A stretch of DNA of 64,000 nucleotides from positions 55,242,001 through 55,306,000 of the forward strand of contig OX597831.1 of NCBI GenBank assembly GCA_951406725.2. Direction: 5' to 3'. The notes beneath the pieces are model-generated. The model searched no databases. It was given only the letters and a program-made list of their open reading frames with translations, and had not been told where the DNA came from. How positions within the stretch are numbered: position 1 is the stretch's first letter; each line of letters begins with the position of its first letter. Both the position numbers and the translations under genes were made by a program. Source of the stretch: Octopus vulgaris. Its lineage: Eukaryota. Positions 42,450 through 54,670 of the stretch are shown here, piece after piece.

Positions 42450-42723
42450 TAATGAAGAGAGTGGACATGATACCAATAGTAATTGGAGTGCTTGGAAGTA
42501 TCAGCACTCAACTACTAACATGGCTCAAAAAGATTGGTACAAATGTAAAGAGAGAACACCTACAAAAATCACCATTGCTTGGAATTGCAAGAATTCTTTG
42601 CAGGGTTCTTGAAGCATAGTCAGTAAACAAGTGTCACTCTACTCTGCAGACTGTTGGCAGCTGACACTTTCCATCATACTCAGCAAAACAAGCTGAGTAT
42701 TTTCGTCAAATAATAATAATAAT
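42450..42723 (+). mobile_element. R4/Dong-like (RLE) LINE 3' end with (TAA)n tail
   Basis: MIPIVIGVLGSI...EHLQKSPLLGIARILCRVL* is a typical RLE-LINE C-terminus; adjoins an (AAT)n microsatellite. Confidence 0.75.
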
Positions 42724-42954
42724 CCTTTTTGCTAATGGCACAAGGCCTGAAATTTGTGGGGGGGGCTAGTCGATTACATTGACCCCAGTACATAACTGGT
42801 ACTTATTTCATTGACCCCCAAACGGATGAAAGGTAAAGTCAATCTTGGCAGAATTTGAACACAGATCGTAAAGGCAGATGAAATAGAAATAGTGCTAAGC
42901 ATTTTTCCAGGCATGCGAATAATACGGCCAGCTCACCACATTCATAATAATAAT

Positions 42955-43195
42955 AAAATCTTGTAATTGATTGCATGATCTTTGAGAACTGTCATAAATT
43001 GTGCAGAAATCTCAGTTCTACATGGATTACAAGGATGCTTTTGACAGTATACCACATTCATGGATTTTGAAAATGCTGGGCATCTTCAAAATTTCTCCTG
43101 TAATTTCAAAATTCCTGAAGCATAATATATCATTTTGGAATATGAATCTCCAATTATATCACTGTAATGGAGCATTGGCTTCAAACAATATTAAC
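42955..43195 (+). mobile_element. R4/Dong-like RT fragment
   Basis: DYKDAFDSIPHSWILKML is an RT motif of RLE LINEs; follows a (TAA)n run. Confidence 0.7.
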
Positions 43196-46100
43196 TGGGC
43201 AAGGTACAGAGAATTGCTAAATAACACTCTGAAGGGCACTGAATCATTGAAGCCTTATTTCCCAACTGAGAAGAGAATTAAATAAAAAATTTTTAAAAAG
43301 TAATACTCCAAGATGCAAATAGAATTATAAATGGAGAAACTGTACAAACCCCACTACTCCACAAAAAATTTGTGGCCTAGAATCTACTTAAGGAATTTCA
43401 GTAAAATAGAAAAGATTTTAAAATATCCCATAATCACAAACATTTTATGTTTTACTACCTTTGCTTGTCAGCTCTAGAATATAATGTAATGTATATGTAC
43501 TGTATACAGATAATACTCACAAGTTAACAATTACTTGATTTAACATTGAAATCTATTGCAAGATATATGTGTCCATATAAATAACATCTATGACTTAAAT
43601 GTCTTTTAATTGTGCACACACGTATTCAGAGAGAGAATAGGTCTACAAAATGAATAAATAAATAAACACAGAGTCTAAATTAGCTCCGAATATTCAAATG
43701 CTTTCAATAACAAACAATCCAATAATAATCCCAACATATATTGTAAATGCATAAGATGGATGTTATTGATTAAAACTGAATTTCAATGCAGTGTTATCAG
43801 AAAGATCAATAATTCTGCATTCCTTAAATGCAATTAAATTGTTGATATGTTTTAAATTGGCAATAAATGCTTTTAACTAAAACTATTAATAGATAGAGGG
43901 AAACGAGAATATTCTCTTTTATTGCCCTTTTATTCCAGATATGTTGTTTCAGTTTTCCAATGTCTGACATGGGTTAGAATGAAGCTTAAAGTATAGGTAT
44001 TTTATGCTTTTTATTCTTTTAATGCTGTAATCACTAAATATATCAATATTTCCCCAACTTTGCTGTTGTTAGTATTGGTATTGTTGTTATTGTCGATACT
44101 ATTGTTGTTATTACTGTTGTTGTTGTCACCATTGCAGTTGTTGCTATTGTTGTAACTGTTATTACTGCTGTTTTTGTTGTTACTGTTCCAGCAAGCTGAG
44201 ATTTTTGATTCTCATTGAAAGCCATTTGATTCCTTGATGTGACTAAAGGCAATGGTAAAAGAGAAATAATGCTACATCTTCTGATTTTACCCTTTATCCT
44301 GAAAATTACAGGCTTCTTGTTACTTGTTGATCTTTAATGATTAAACTTTGTTTCTCTCATTAATATTGCTTCAAATCAACATAGTTACATGATTAAACCA
44401 GTGCAGACAGCCTAGCAGAAAATCTCACTTCTATCGGCTCATAATGTGCCTGCCAGCCCAATAGAAGGTAAGAATATATCACTCACTTCAATAGATAAAA
44501 AAGGACCTACGTGGTTACTTGGATATGACATACTTGAGACCCTTAATCTTTAATTTATAATTTTATTGAAGAGCCAAAGTGGAACCCTCTATCCAGTCAT
44601 TCAACTTGTTAGAAATGGCAGCTATATCTTCCTTAAATCACACCTTATTGCTTTTTAAAAAATGGAAGGATACACTGGTTAATGTGGCCCTCCATACCCC
44701 AAAAAAGTATGATCATGGCTTGAAAGTTTTTCAACATTGGGCTAAATGACAACAACCTTATAGGATGTTGTTTTATTATCCTTGTCCAAACACTTTTCCC
44801 TTCAGCATGATTGACTTTTAGCTAACTTTGCCTTCAGAATCATTACAGTACTTTAGCCACTGCACAATAATGCAGGGTATGACACAAACTAGCTAGAATA
44901 TTGCACCAGCCAATCATTTTGATCCTAAATGAAGGGATATGGAACAATCTATGAATCTGGTGAGGGATACATCAATTGAATCTCTAATGTAAATTTAGAG
45001 ATGTGAGAGACACCATACAAAATTAATTTACTGTCCACAATTAATTTAACTTAATAGAGAAACATACACAGATTATATTTGAAAAAAAACCCCACTTTTC
45101 TACAATAGTTTAAAATAATTTACAAAATCTGATGACTGCACCATGCTCCAGTATCTGCTTTGGCATGGTTTCTATAGCTGCATGCTATCCCAAATGCCAA
45201 CCACTTTACAGCCTGTATGGAGTACCTTTTTCTGCTACCAACACTAATGAGGCTGCCATGCAGTTTGCAAGACTACAACCCATGAGGAAGCAATTTTATG
45301 CCAGAATATGAAGAGTAAAAGAGGAGTAGAAGTATGAGAGAAGCCAGAGCAGAACAGCTTTCTTGCTGTAAAAAATTTACATGATTATTCATATTTTAGA
45401 AGAGAGTGGGAGGGTGATTGGGTGGATCTGAAAATTGAATAAAAAAACATTTATATCAACATTTATCATCTTTTTTTTTTTTTGACAAGTGCAGGCATGA
45501 CTAAGAAGCTTGCTTCCCAGCTATCTGGTCTTGGATTCAGTCCCACTCGTGATACTTTGAGCAAATGTCTTCCACTACAGCCCTAGGCCAACCAAAACCT
45601 TAAGAGTGGATTTGGTAGACAGAACCTCATCTTATGTACATGCGTGTGTGTGTGTGTGTGTATATATATATATCATCATCATCATCATCATCATCGTTTA
45701 GCGTACGCTTTCCATGCTACCATGGGTTGGATGGTTCAACTGGGGTCTGGGAAGCCAGAAGGCTGCACCAGGCCCAATCTGATCTGGCAATGTTTCTACG
45801 GCTGGATGCCCTTCCTAACGCCAATATATATAAATATATATATATATCTGTGAATGTATGTGTGTGTGTCTTTGTGTCTGTGTTTGTCCCCCACCACTAC
45901 TTGACAACTGGTGTCAGGCGCTGTGTTTATGTCCCTGTAACATAGCAGTTCAGCAAAGAGAGTGATAGAATAAATAACAAGCTTTAAAAAAGAGCAAGTA
46001 CTGAGGTTGATTTCATTTCTATTAAATTCTTAAAGGCAGTGCCCCAGCATGGTCACAGACTAATGACTGACACAAATAAAAGATGCACAGTAATTTCCTT

Positions 46101-47769
46101 TAGTTCGGCTGCACTATCTTACTGCTGCACTATCTTGCTGCTGCACTATCATCAGCAGTTGCACTTTCCCCTGCAACCTTAAGATTATAAATTCCTGATG
46201 TTTCGTTTTACTTCTTTAACCTGTTAAATCATTAAAAAAACGCGTTCTGTTAGTTTTGCCTTTACACAGACACACGAACACTCTTTTACTTGTTTCAGCC
46301 ATTAGACTGTGGCCATGCGGGGGCACCACCTTGAAGAATTTTTTGGTCGAATGAATTTACTTAATGTTTTTTTTCTTTCTTGTTTTGCTAAGCCTGGTAC
46401 TTATTCTATCAGTCTCTTTTGCCAAACCACTAAGTTATGGGGACATATACACACCAACACTGGTTGGCAAGTGGCAGTTGTGGACAAACACAACACAGGC
46501 ACACACACACATACAAATACACGCAAGCACGCATATATACACACACACACATGTATACAATAGGCTTCTTTCAGTTTCCAGGGCCTCTAACCAATTGGGA
46601 AGGACACCACATAAAATGAGAAACCACTTTGAGGTGATCATGGAAATGAAGTTTTGGACATCCATGAGGGCTACTTCCAGTTTTGATAGGTCATAATAAA
46701 TAGTACAATTAAAAACAACAGCAAAGTTACAGGTGGTAACTCAAAATTTTAATAGGTAGGTTAGAGTGCTAAAAAGTGGCATGATGAATAACATTAGCCC
46801 TGTATGTTGTGTGCTTTCAATCAATAGAAGAAATACATGATTAGTTTAATTACAAATAGAGGAGTTGGTGTGAGAGTTAGTGGAAGGTTTTTACATACCA
46901 TGCAGACATACTGATGTGGTTAAGAAGTTTATTTTGCAACCACATGGTTTTGGATTCATTTGCCATGATACTATAAGCAAGTGTCTTCTACTATATCTTT
47001 AAGCTGAGCAATGTCTTGTGAGTGGAATTGATGATATGTTATATTATGTATATATGCGGTCCCTTGTAGGTAGATGATAAGGTTAGACTAGTCATTTCTT
47101 TATTTGTTGTTGTTTAGGATATTTCTTGTTTTCATTTGTAAGGTCAGGGTTATTAGTCAAAGCATGTCATGGTTCTGTTAGTATAGTAAGTGGTTTCTCT
47201 TGTGCTTTGATGTTCATAAAAGTATTTGAGTAAAGTTTGTATGTTTCTATGTTTCTCTCTAGGTGTGCATTGTTCTATGAGTAATTTGATTGGTATATAG
47301 AGATTTTAACCTTCCAGTTGTGTTGGGATAGAGCTTGTTTGGTGTTTGTTTATAAAATTTCTTCAAATTCTATTCTAGATACATGCTAAAGTGAGGTTGA
47401 CATAAGTGTGTACAGATTCATGTATAAAAATGGGAACAAAAATATAATTTAATTAAAGAAAACAACATTAGAGTTTTGTACTTCTTTGAAATTGATAAAT
47501 GTCTCTCCTGAAAGAGTCTCAAAGCTTCTCAAATGCGCACACACGCACAAACACATACACACACACAAACACACACACAATGGGCTTCTTTGCATTTTCA
47601 TCTATCAAATCCACTCACAAAGTTTTGGTTAACTCAGGACCAACACTCACCCAAGGTGCCTTGCAGTAGAACTGAACCTGAAATCAGGTGGTTAGGAAGC
47701 AAACTTCTTAATCACACAGCTATACCTGCACCTATAAAATTTAAAATTGGGTGTAACATGAAAACTTAC

Positions 47770-47939
47770 CTTTGCAATGTAGTTTATACTTGATTCTTTG
47801 AAAGCAATTCCTTGCAACCTAAGGCAAGCTAAAGCTGGAGTAACACTAAGACACTGTTGGAGTGCGTTACATAATTGATCTTTAATTTCTTTGCTTGCAA
47901 TGGCTGGTTTATGTCTTTTGGTGCCAGTTTTATCTTTCT
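47770..47939 (-). CDS. CEP78: CEP78 internal coding exon (probably exon 2), 170 nt
   Basis: Minus strand: ttttttttcag|AG...GCAAAG|gtaagt. Reads KDKTGTKRHKPAIASKEIKDQLCNALQQCLSVTPALACLRLQGIAFKESSINYIAK, resembling human CEP78 as recalled ([34 protein letters not shown]...ILAK). Ends in phase 0, matching the next exon. Confidence 0.88.
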
Positions 47940-49518
47940 CTGAAAAAAAAAATTAATGAAGAATCATTTTTTTTTTTTTTACCTACTGATCACAAATATA
48001 TAATTACTTATTGAAACATTGTTAATATATAAAATTAGAGGTGTGTTGTTGTTATATAGTACTACAGACTTAATATTCAAACTCTGCTAGGGACAAACGA
48101 ATGAGGGAGTTATTATAAAGTCCCTTAAATGATTGGGAATAACAACCAAATCTCTCTTGAATCACACACTTTTTGAAAAGCTTAGCTGTCACTCGTAAGT
48201 ATGAGCTAGTAACTTGTATGATGCTTGTACAGGCTTTCCACCCTTGACCCAATGGAACATTGAGTGTGTGATGAGAGAGAGAGAGAGAGAGAGAGAGAAA
48301 CAGGCAGGTAGACAGACTGACAGAATTGTACTAGCATTAGGCTAGTGCTTATTTACAGCTCAGTAGATAGGAGCAACATAAAATGAAGTGCCTTGCTGAA
48401 TCCCTGCTGAACAACACAATGCACTGCTTAGTTCAGGAATTGAACCCATGACCTTATGATTGTAAGTCAAACTTCCTAACCACTAGGCCAATATGCCTTC
48501 ACATTTTATCATCTTAAAAAGAAAAAAGAGGGCACACTGGATAATATAGCCTAGAGTCCATTATGCCTAAAAGAAAAAGACAATATGATCATAACTTGAG
48601 ACCCGTCTATCCTAGGTCTGCTCAATCATGGCTGACCAGAGATAAACAATGATAAACTCCACAAGAAATACAGAAAAACATATCACTTCACTTATTTCCA
48701 TTCAATTTTAGTTACAGAAAAAGAATTTAGTAAGTACATGCATCTTCATCAATATCTAGCTTCTCCAGGTGAACTCACATTTTAAACTGCTGCCAGCCAC
48801 TATTACCTTTTACAGGCCAGATAAGATATCACTTGGAAGCAATCCATATTAGTGTTATTGGTGGATGCCCAACCATAAAAGATTAAAGCATTGTTCGAAT
48901 ATGAAATTTAAGAGAATGTTGCTTAAAAAATTGCATTAAATGAAATAGAACTTATACTGTAATAGGTTTGAAGAGTTTTGTTCTGGTTCTGTTTCATTGC
49001 TTTTATTATTACCAGTAGACTAAAAGTGGTGAACTGGCAGAATCGTTAGCACACCAGGCAAAATGCTTAGCAGTATTTCATCTGTCTTTACATTCTGACC
49101 TCCAATTCTGCCGAGGTTAACTCTGCCTTTCATCTTTTCAGGGTTGATAAAATAAGAGCCAGTTCTGTACTGGGGTTGATGTAATTGACTTACCCCTTCC
49201 CTGAAATTGCTGGCCTTGTGCCAAAATTTGAAACCATTTCTAATTTGTTAACTAGTCAAGCATTGAATCAGTTAACTAACTGATTGTTTGATTAATCAAC
49301 TAGTATGGGCATGGATGTGTGGTTAAGAAGCTTGCCTTGTAACCACATGGTCATTGGTTCAGTCCCACAGCACAGAACCATGTGCAGCTCTACTGTAACT
49401 CTGAGCTGATCAAAGCATTGTGAGTTAAATTAGTAGAAGGGAAAATGTGTGAAAGCACTTTGTGTGTGTGTGTGTGTGTGTGTTCCCACTACTACCACTG
49501 CTTGGTGACCGTTGTTGA

Positions 49519-51998
49519 TGTTGTGGCGAGAGTCACGACACCTCCTGTAAGAACAGACTAAATAGTAGCGGTCTGAGTCAGAGACAGAAAAAGAAAGTAG
49601 GCATTAATTGCAGGAAGTTGTTTTGGTAGTTTGTCAGAATACCATTTGTTGGCTTGTGTATAATTCATGGAGTGTTTGTTGGATTGTTACATTGTTGTTA
49701 CCCTGCTTCATTATATATTTCATTGTTACTACAGATTATAGTGTAAAAACTTATCATCATAAATAGTGGCGATACTACAATTATTGGTGATGAGTAACTG
49801 CATTACAATAATTGGCAACAAGGATTCAAAGCTGATGCAGGTCAGTTAACAAATTTTTATGATACAAAGTTGTGAATGATGGAAGACCTATTAGCTTCTA
49901 TTATACAGTTGCAAAAACAGCAGCAAGAACAGCAACAGGAGTTGCAGAAACAACTACTTCAGCAACAAGAAAAATAACAACAGTTAATGGAGCTATGTCT
50001 TAAGGAGTTCAGAAACACTATAAGTTCGTTTTTGCCAGACAGCATATAGAGCTCAATAACAGAATTCAGTTATGACCCAGAGGAGGATATAATGTTTGCA
50101 GTGTACTTTAGAAGGTGTGAAGAAATCTTCAGGGAAGATTGCAAGTTGCAGACAGACAACGAAAAAGTACCACTATTATTGAGTAAATTAGCGCTGGCTG
50201 AACATGAAAAATATTGCAATTTCATACTACCTGGAAAACTAGTGAAATTTGTTTCCAGGAAACAGTCAAGCTACTATTAAAAATATTCAGTGATAAGAGT
50301 TCCCTATTTAACACTTGATGGTAATGTAATCTAGTTAAAAAAGAGGATGAAGACTTTGTCACGTATGCCAGGAGCATAAACTAAATGTGCAAAAGGTTTA
50401 AACTGAAGGAACTAACTCTTGATATGTTTAAGTGCCTCATTGCACAAGGGCTTATGGAAAACAAAGATATGTGACAATTTTTCAACTGGTTTGAATGATT
50501 GTCTAAAAATGTGCCACTATTGACTGCCTACACCGAGGGATATGTTTGCAAAATTAAATGGTGGCAAAATATTTTTGAAACTGGATCTGTCTGATGCATA
50601 TCTATAAATTAAAGTAGATGAAGAATGCTCAAAGCTTCTAACAGTAAACATGCACAGAGGACTATACAAATATAATAAATTACCATTTGGTCTGAAGGTT
50701 ACACCTGCAATATTTCAACAGGTTATGGATGTGATGTGGCTGGACTGTTAATTTGAAGTCCCATACCTCGATGATGTATTAATTAAAAGTGGATCTTGTG
50801 ATCAGCATATTGAATATGTAAAGTGTGTTTCTCAAAAAATAAGAGACTATGGTTTCACATTCAGTGAGGAGATATGTGAACTCTTTTTACCTAAAATTAA
50901 ATATTTACGACAAATTACACATAAAAATGGAAGACAACCTGACCTGTCGAGGGCAGACGCAATTAAAAATATGCCTCCCCCAACTAATATAGTGACATTA
51001 GAAGCTTTTCTTGGCCTAGCAAACTATTATCAAAATTACATACCAAACATGTATGAATTGAGAGCTCCACTTAATAATTTGCTAAAGAAAGATGCCAAAT
51101 GGAATTGATCAAATAACTATCAAAAAGCATTTCAAGATATTAAAAAAAAATATTAATTTCGGATTTGGCACTGGCTCATTTTGATACTGCAGTATAGTTT
51201 GTTGTAGCTTCAGAAACTTTTGAATCTGGTGTAGGAACAATTTTTCTATACAAATATAAAGACAGTAATATGAAGGTGGTGGTCCATGCCTCTGACTATA
51301 GCAGAAAAATACTACAGTCAGATAGAGAAAGAAGCTCTAGCGATTATTTTTGCTATGAAGAAATTTCACAGATTTCTCCATGGTAGAAATTTTCAATTTT
51401 CAGATCAAAGAAAGGAATTCCTACCCATACAGCTAACAAATTACAACACTGGGATTCTATATGGTTAAAGTATAACTTTAAGATGGAGTACATTCCTTCT
51501 AAGAAAATTGGCCATGCGGAAAAGGAAATTAAAAATTATGTGTAATGTCATTCAAGAGTTGCCAGTGACTGTACAAGATATAAAAAGTAAATCAGTAAAG
51601 GACAAATACATCATAAAAATGAAGGAAACCTTAAAAAATAAACAAAAGAGAAATGTGAATGCAAACCATTTTTCACTCTGCAACGTTGTATTAATGTATG
51701 CACAAAGAGTGGTAGTACCAACCACACTACAGAAACGGATATTACATGAATTTCTTAGTGGACACCCAGGGATCTCAAGAATGAAAACAGGAAGTCGTAA
51801 GATATCGTTTTGGTAGTTTGTTGGAATATCGATTGTTGGTTTGTGTATAGTTCATGGAGAGTTTGTTGGATTGTTACATTGTTGTTACCCTACTTTATTA
51901 TATATTTTATTGTTACTACACGGTTATAGTGCAAACAAGTATTGTCATAAATAGTGGTGATACTACAATAATTGGCAATGAATAACTATATTACAATA
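49519..51998 (+). mobile_element. Decayed, internally deleted Ty3/Gypsy (Mag/K02A2.6-like) LTR retrotransposon
   Basis: 5' LTR 49519-49810 (TGTTG...CAATA); partial 3' LTR about 51788-51998; TSD GTTGA/GTTGG; PBS-like TGGCAACAAGG at 49813. Contains gag (EFSYDPEED...YCNFILP), RT (LDLSDAY, LPFGL, YLDD), RNase H (YSQIEKEALAIIF) and integrase Zn start (HPGISRMK), with stops and frameshifts. Splits a SINE. Confidence 0.92.
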
Positions 51999-52217
51999 GT
52001 TGGTTTGTTTACATCCCCTTAACTTAGCAGTTTGACAAAAGACACCAAAACAATGACTGCCAAACTTAAAAGTACTAAGGTCAATTTGTTTGACTAAGAC
52101 CCTTAAAAGGGGTGCCCCAGAATGACTTGAAACAACTAAAAGATAAAAGATTCAAAGAGACACACAAACATTTAAGTTTTCAGATTTGTACAACCCATAC
52201 ACACACATACACATATA

Positions 52218-53494
52218 CAGTGTGGGGCAGAAAGTACGGAGATTTCTGAAAAATTCACAAAATCATTAGTTTTAGCTGCAAACAAATTTTATTAACATCA
52301 ATGTGTTCATATTTAATTGGTATCTGTGGTATCTGTTTTCATTGATGCATTTCTGAAATTTCTGAAAGCATTCTTGGAAGTTGGCCTCCACTCTCTCCAG
52401 CATTGCTCTGTCGATTTGGGTATATGAATAGCTTCCTTCAAATCATCCAATGTATGGGGTTTATGCACATACACACGTGCCCTGAGGTTTCCTCACAAGA
52501 AATAATCACACATGGACAAATCAGGGGACTGAGGGGGCCAAGGAATGTCAGCAAACCTGAAAATGAGGTGGTCACTGAAGAGAGGATGAAGAACGTCCAT
52601 TGATGCTCTGGCTGTGTGGTCTGTTGCCCTATCCTGCTGAAACCACGCACATCAAATGGCCATACGTTTTTGTCGTAATTCAGGCACAAAGAAGTTGTTT
52701 ATTATCTTGATGTAATGCTCAGAGTTCCCAGTAACAGCATTTCCATTATTGTCTTCAAAAAAGCAGGGACCAATGATGGCAGCTTTCCTAACAGCACACC
52801 AGACTGTCATTTTTGGGCTGTGCAATGATCTTTCATGCAGTTCTCTTGGATTTTCAAGAGCCCAAAAATGACAGTTCTGTTGATTCACTGTGCCATAGAG
52901 ATGAAAATGAGCTTCGTCACTCATTAACAAAATGAGGTTGTCATTTGCCTCAAAACTTGCTTCCATCTCACAAGCAAAGTTAAGCTGCAGTGCATAGTCC
53001 AATGGTTTCAACTGTTGCCCAATGGAAATGCAGGTCTTCATGCAAAATATGCCTTACCAATTGATTACTGATGCCAAGTTCATTGAATGCCTCCAAGTAG
53101 ACTGATTTGGACTCTGTATCAAAGCTTGTCTGATGCGTTCCACATTTTCCGGGGTCCATACCATTCATGGCATCCCTATTCATTAGTGTACCTCGTGTAC
53201 GAAGTACATTCACCCAATGTAAGATTTTGTTATGGATGAGAACAACCTGATTTTGGTGAATGTTGAAGTGGCACCGAAACTCACGCTGAACTGCTGTGAC
53301 AGACTCTTTATTCTTTACGTAACTGTTGCAGGCAAACACACGATGTTCTATCATCCACAGCACCATGGCTTCACCTGAAAAGAAAGAAATGCTATGACAC
53401 CACTGACCAAATGCTACCTGTCAGACATATGTCCCTTCCCCTGGAGTTGAGTAATAGCCATTTCAGAAACATCCATCCTCTCTGTCCCACCCTA
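52218..53494 (-). mobile_element. Full-length decayed Tc1/mariner-superfamily DD41D (rosa/Visitor-type) transposon
   Basis: About 34-bp imperfect TIRs (CAGtGTGGGGCAGAAAG...TTTCTGAAA) flanked by TA. Transposase pieces SDEAHFHL and WFQQD...SPDLSMCDYFL with 41 residues between the 2nd and 3rd Asp; frameshifts and stops. Confidence 0.9.
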
Positions 53495-53506
53495 TATATA
53501 CACATA

Positions 53507-53713
53507 CTCTTTTACTTGTTTCAGTTATTTGACAGTGGCCATGCTGGGGCACCGCCTTTTAGTTGAGCAAATCAACCCCAGGACTTATTCTTTGGAAGCC
53601 TAGTACTTATTCTTTTGGTCTCTTTTGCCAAACTGCTAAGTTACAGGAATGTAAACACACCACCATCGGTTATCAAGCGATGGTGTGGGGAAAAACACAG
53701 ATACATAAACATA

Positions 53714-53751
<38 letters not shown>

Positions 53752-53925
53752 AATATATATATATATACATATATATGACGGGCTTCTTTCAGTTTCTGTC
53801 TACCAAATCCACTCACAAGGCTTTGGTTGGCCCGAGGATATAGTAGAAGACACTTGCCCAAGGTGCCACGCAGTGGGAATGAACCCAGAACCATGTAGTT
53901 GGTGAGCAAGCTACTTACCACACAA
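53507..53925 (-). mobile_element. SINE family A copy
   Basis: Near full-length reverse-complement match to 9664-10070. Confidence 0.85.
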
Positions 53926-54304
53926 TATACATATATGTGTGTGTGTGTTTGTACATTGAAACAAATATAAAAATATTATCATCTACATCACTGCAAAATA
54001 TTCAAATATGCTTTAACATCACCTATACAAACAGGCAGATTTGGAGGATCAACAAAAGTAATTTTTCATCCAAATCTTTGGCCATTCCTAAAAATACTCT
54101 TGCAATAAAGATTAATAAAACATATATTATCTTCACTAAACCCAATCCAATGACATCAGCTACAAGAGACCATGAGGAGTAACAGCCAACATTTCACTCT
54201 CCATCACCCACTCTTTACATATGAATGAGGTTAGCTGTTTCTTTTTGATAATGTCCAGAAGGCCTGTAGTTAAACATGTGTGTGTGTCTGTGTCGGTGTG
54301 TGTG

Positions 54305-54346
<42 letters not shown>

Positions 54347-54406
54347 CGTGTATATATGCACATGCACACAATTGAAAAGATGTATAGGGTATTTTTCATC
54401 TGTTAA

Positions 54407-54610
54407 CCCTTTTGGTACTGTATTTATTTTGAGATGTTCACTTTAAATATAACAAAGAATTTAGTATAATAACTTAGTTATCATTCAGCTAGTGTTAGGA
54501 ACATAAATTGTGACTAAGATTTGGTGGAAGATTTTAATTCACAACTTATGAAAACAAGACATTTGTACTCAGAGCCAGAGCCAGTTTCAGCCGGGTTGGT
54601 AACGAAAGGG
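54407..54610. mobile_element. piggyBac-type MITE (204 bp)
   Basis: TTAA|CCCTTTTGGTAC...GTAACGAAAGGG|TTAA: TTAA TSDs and ~12-bp imperfect TIRs. Confidence 0.75.
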
Positions 54611-54670
54611 TTAATATCTATTGCAAATATTTTGCCTCTGTTTCCCTGCTTTTATTATTGTTAGTCAACT

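Noticed and set aside
42150-42507. Poly-Ile/Ser/Leu/Met ORFs
   Set aside because: Trinucleotide microsatellite; the real exon is 42088-42160.
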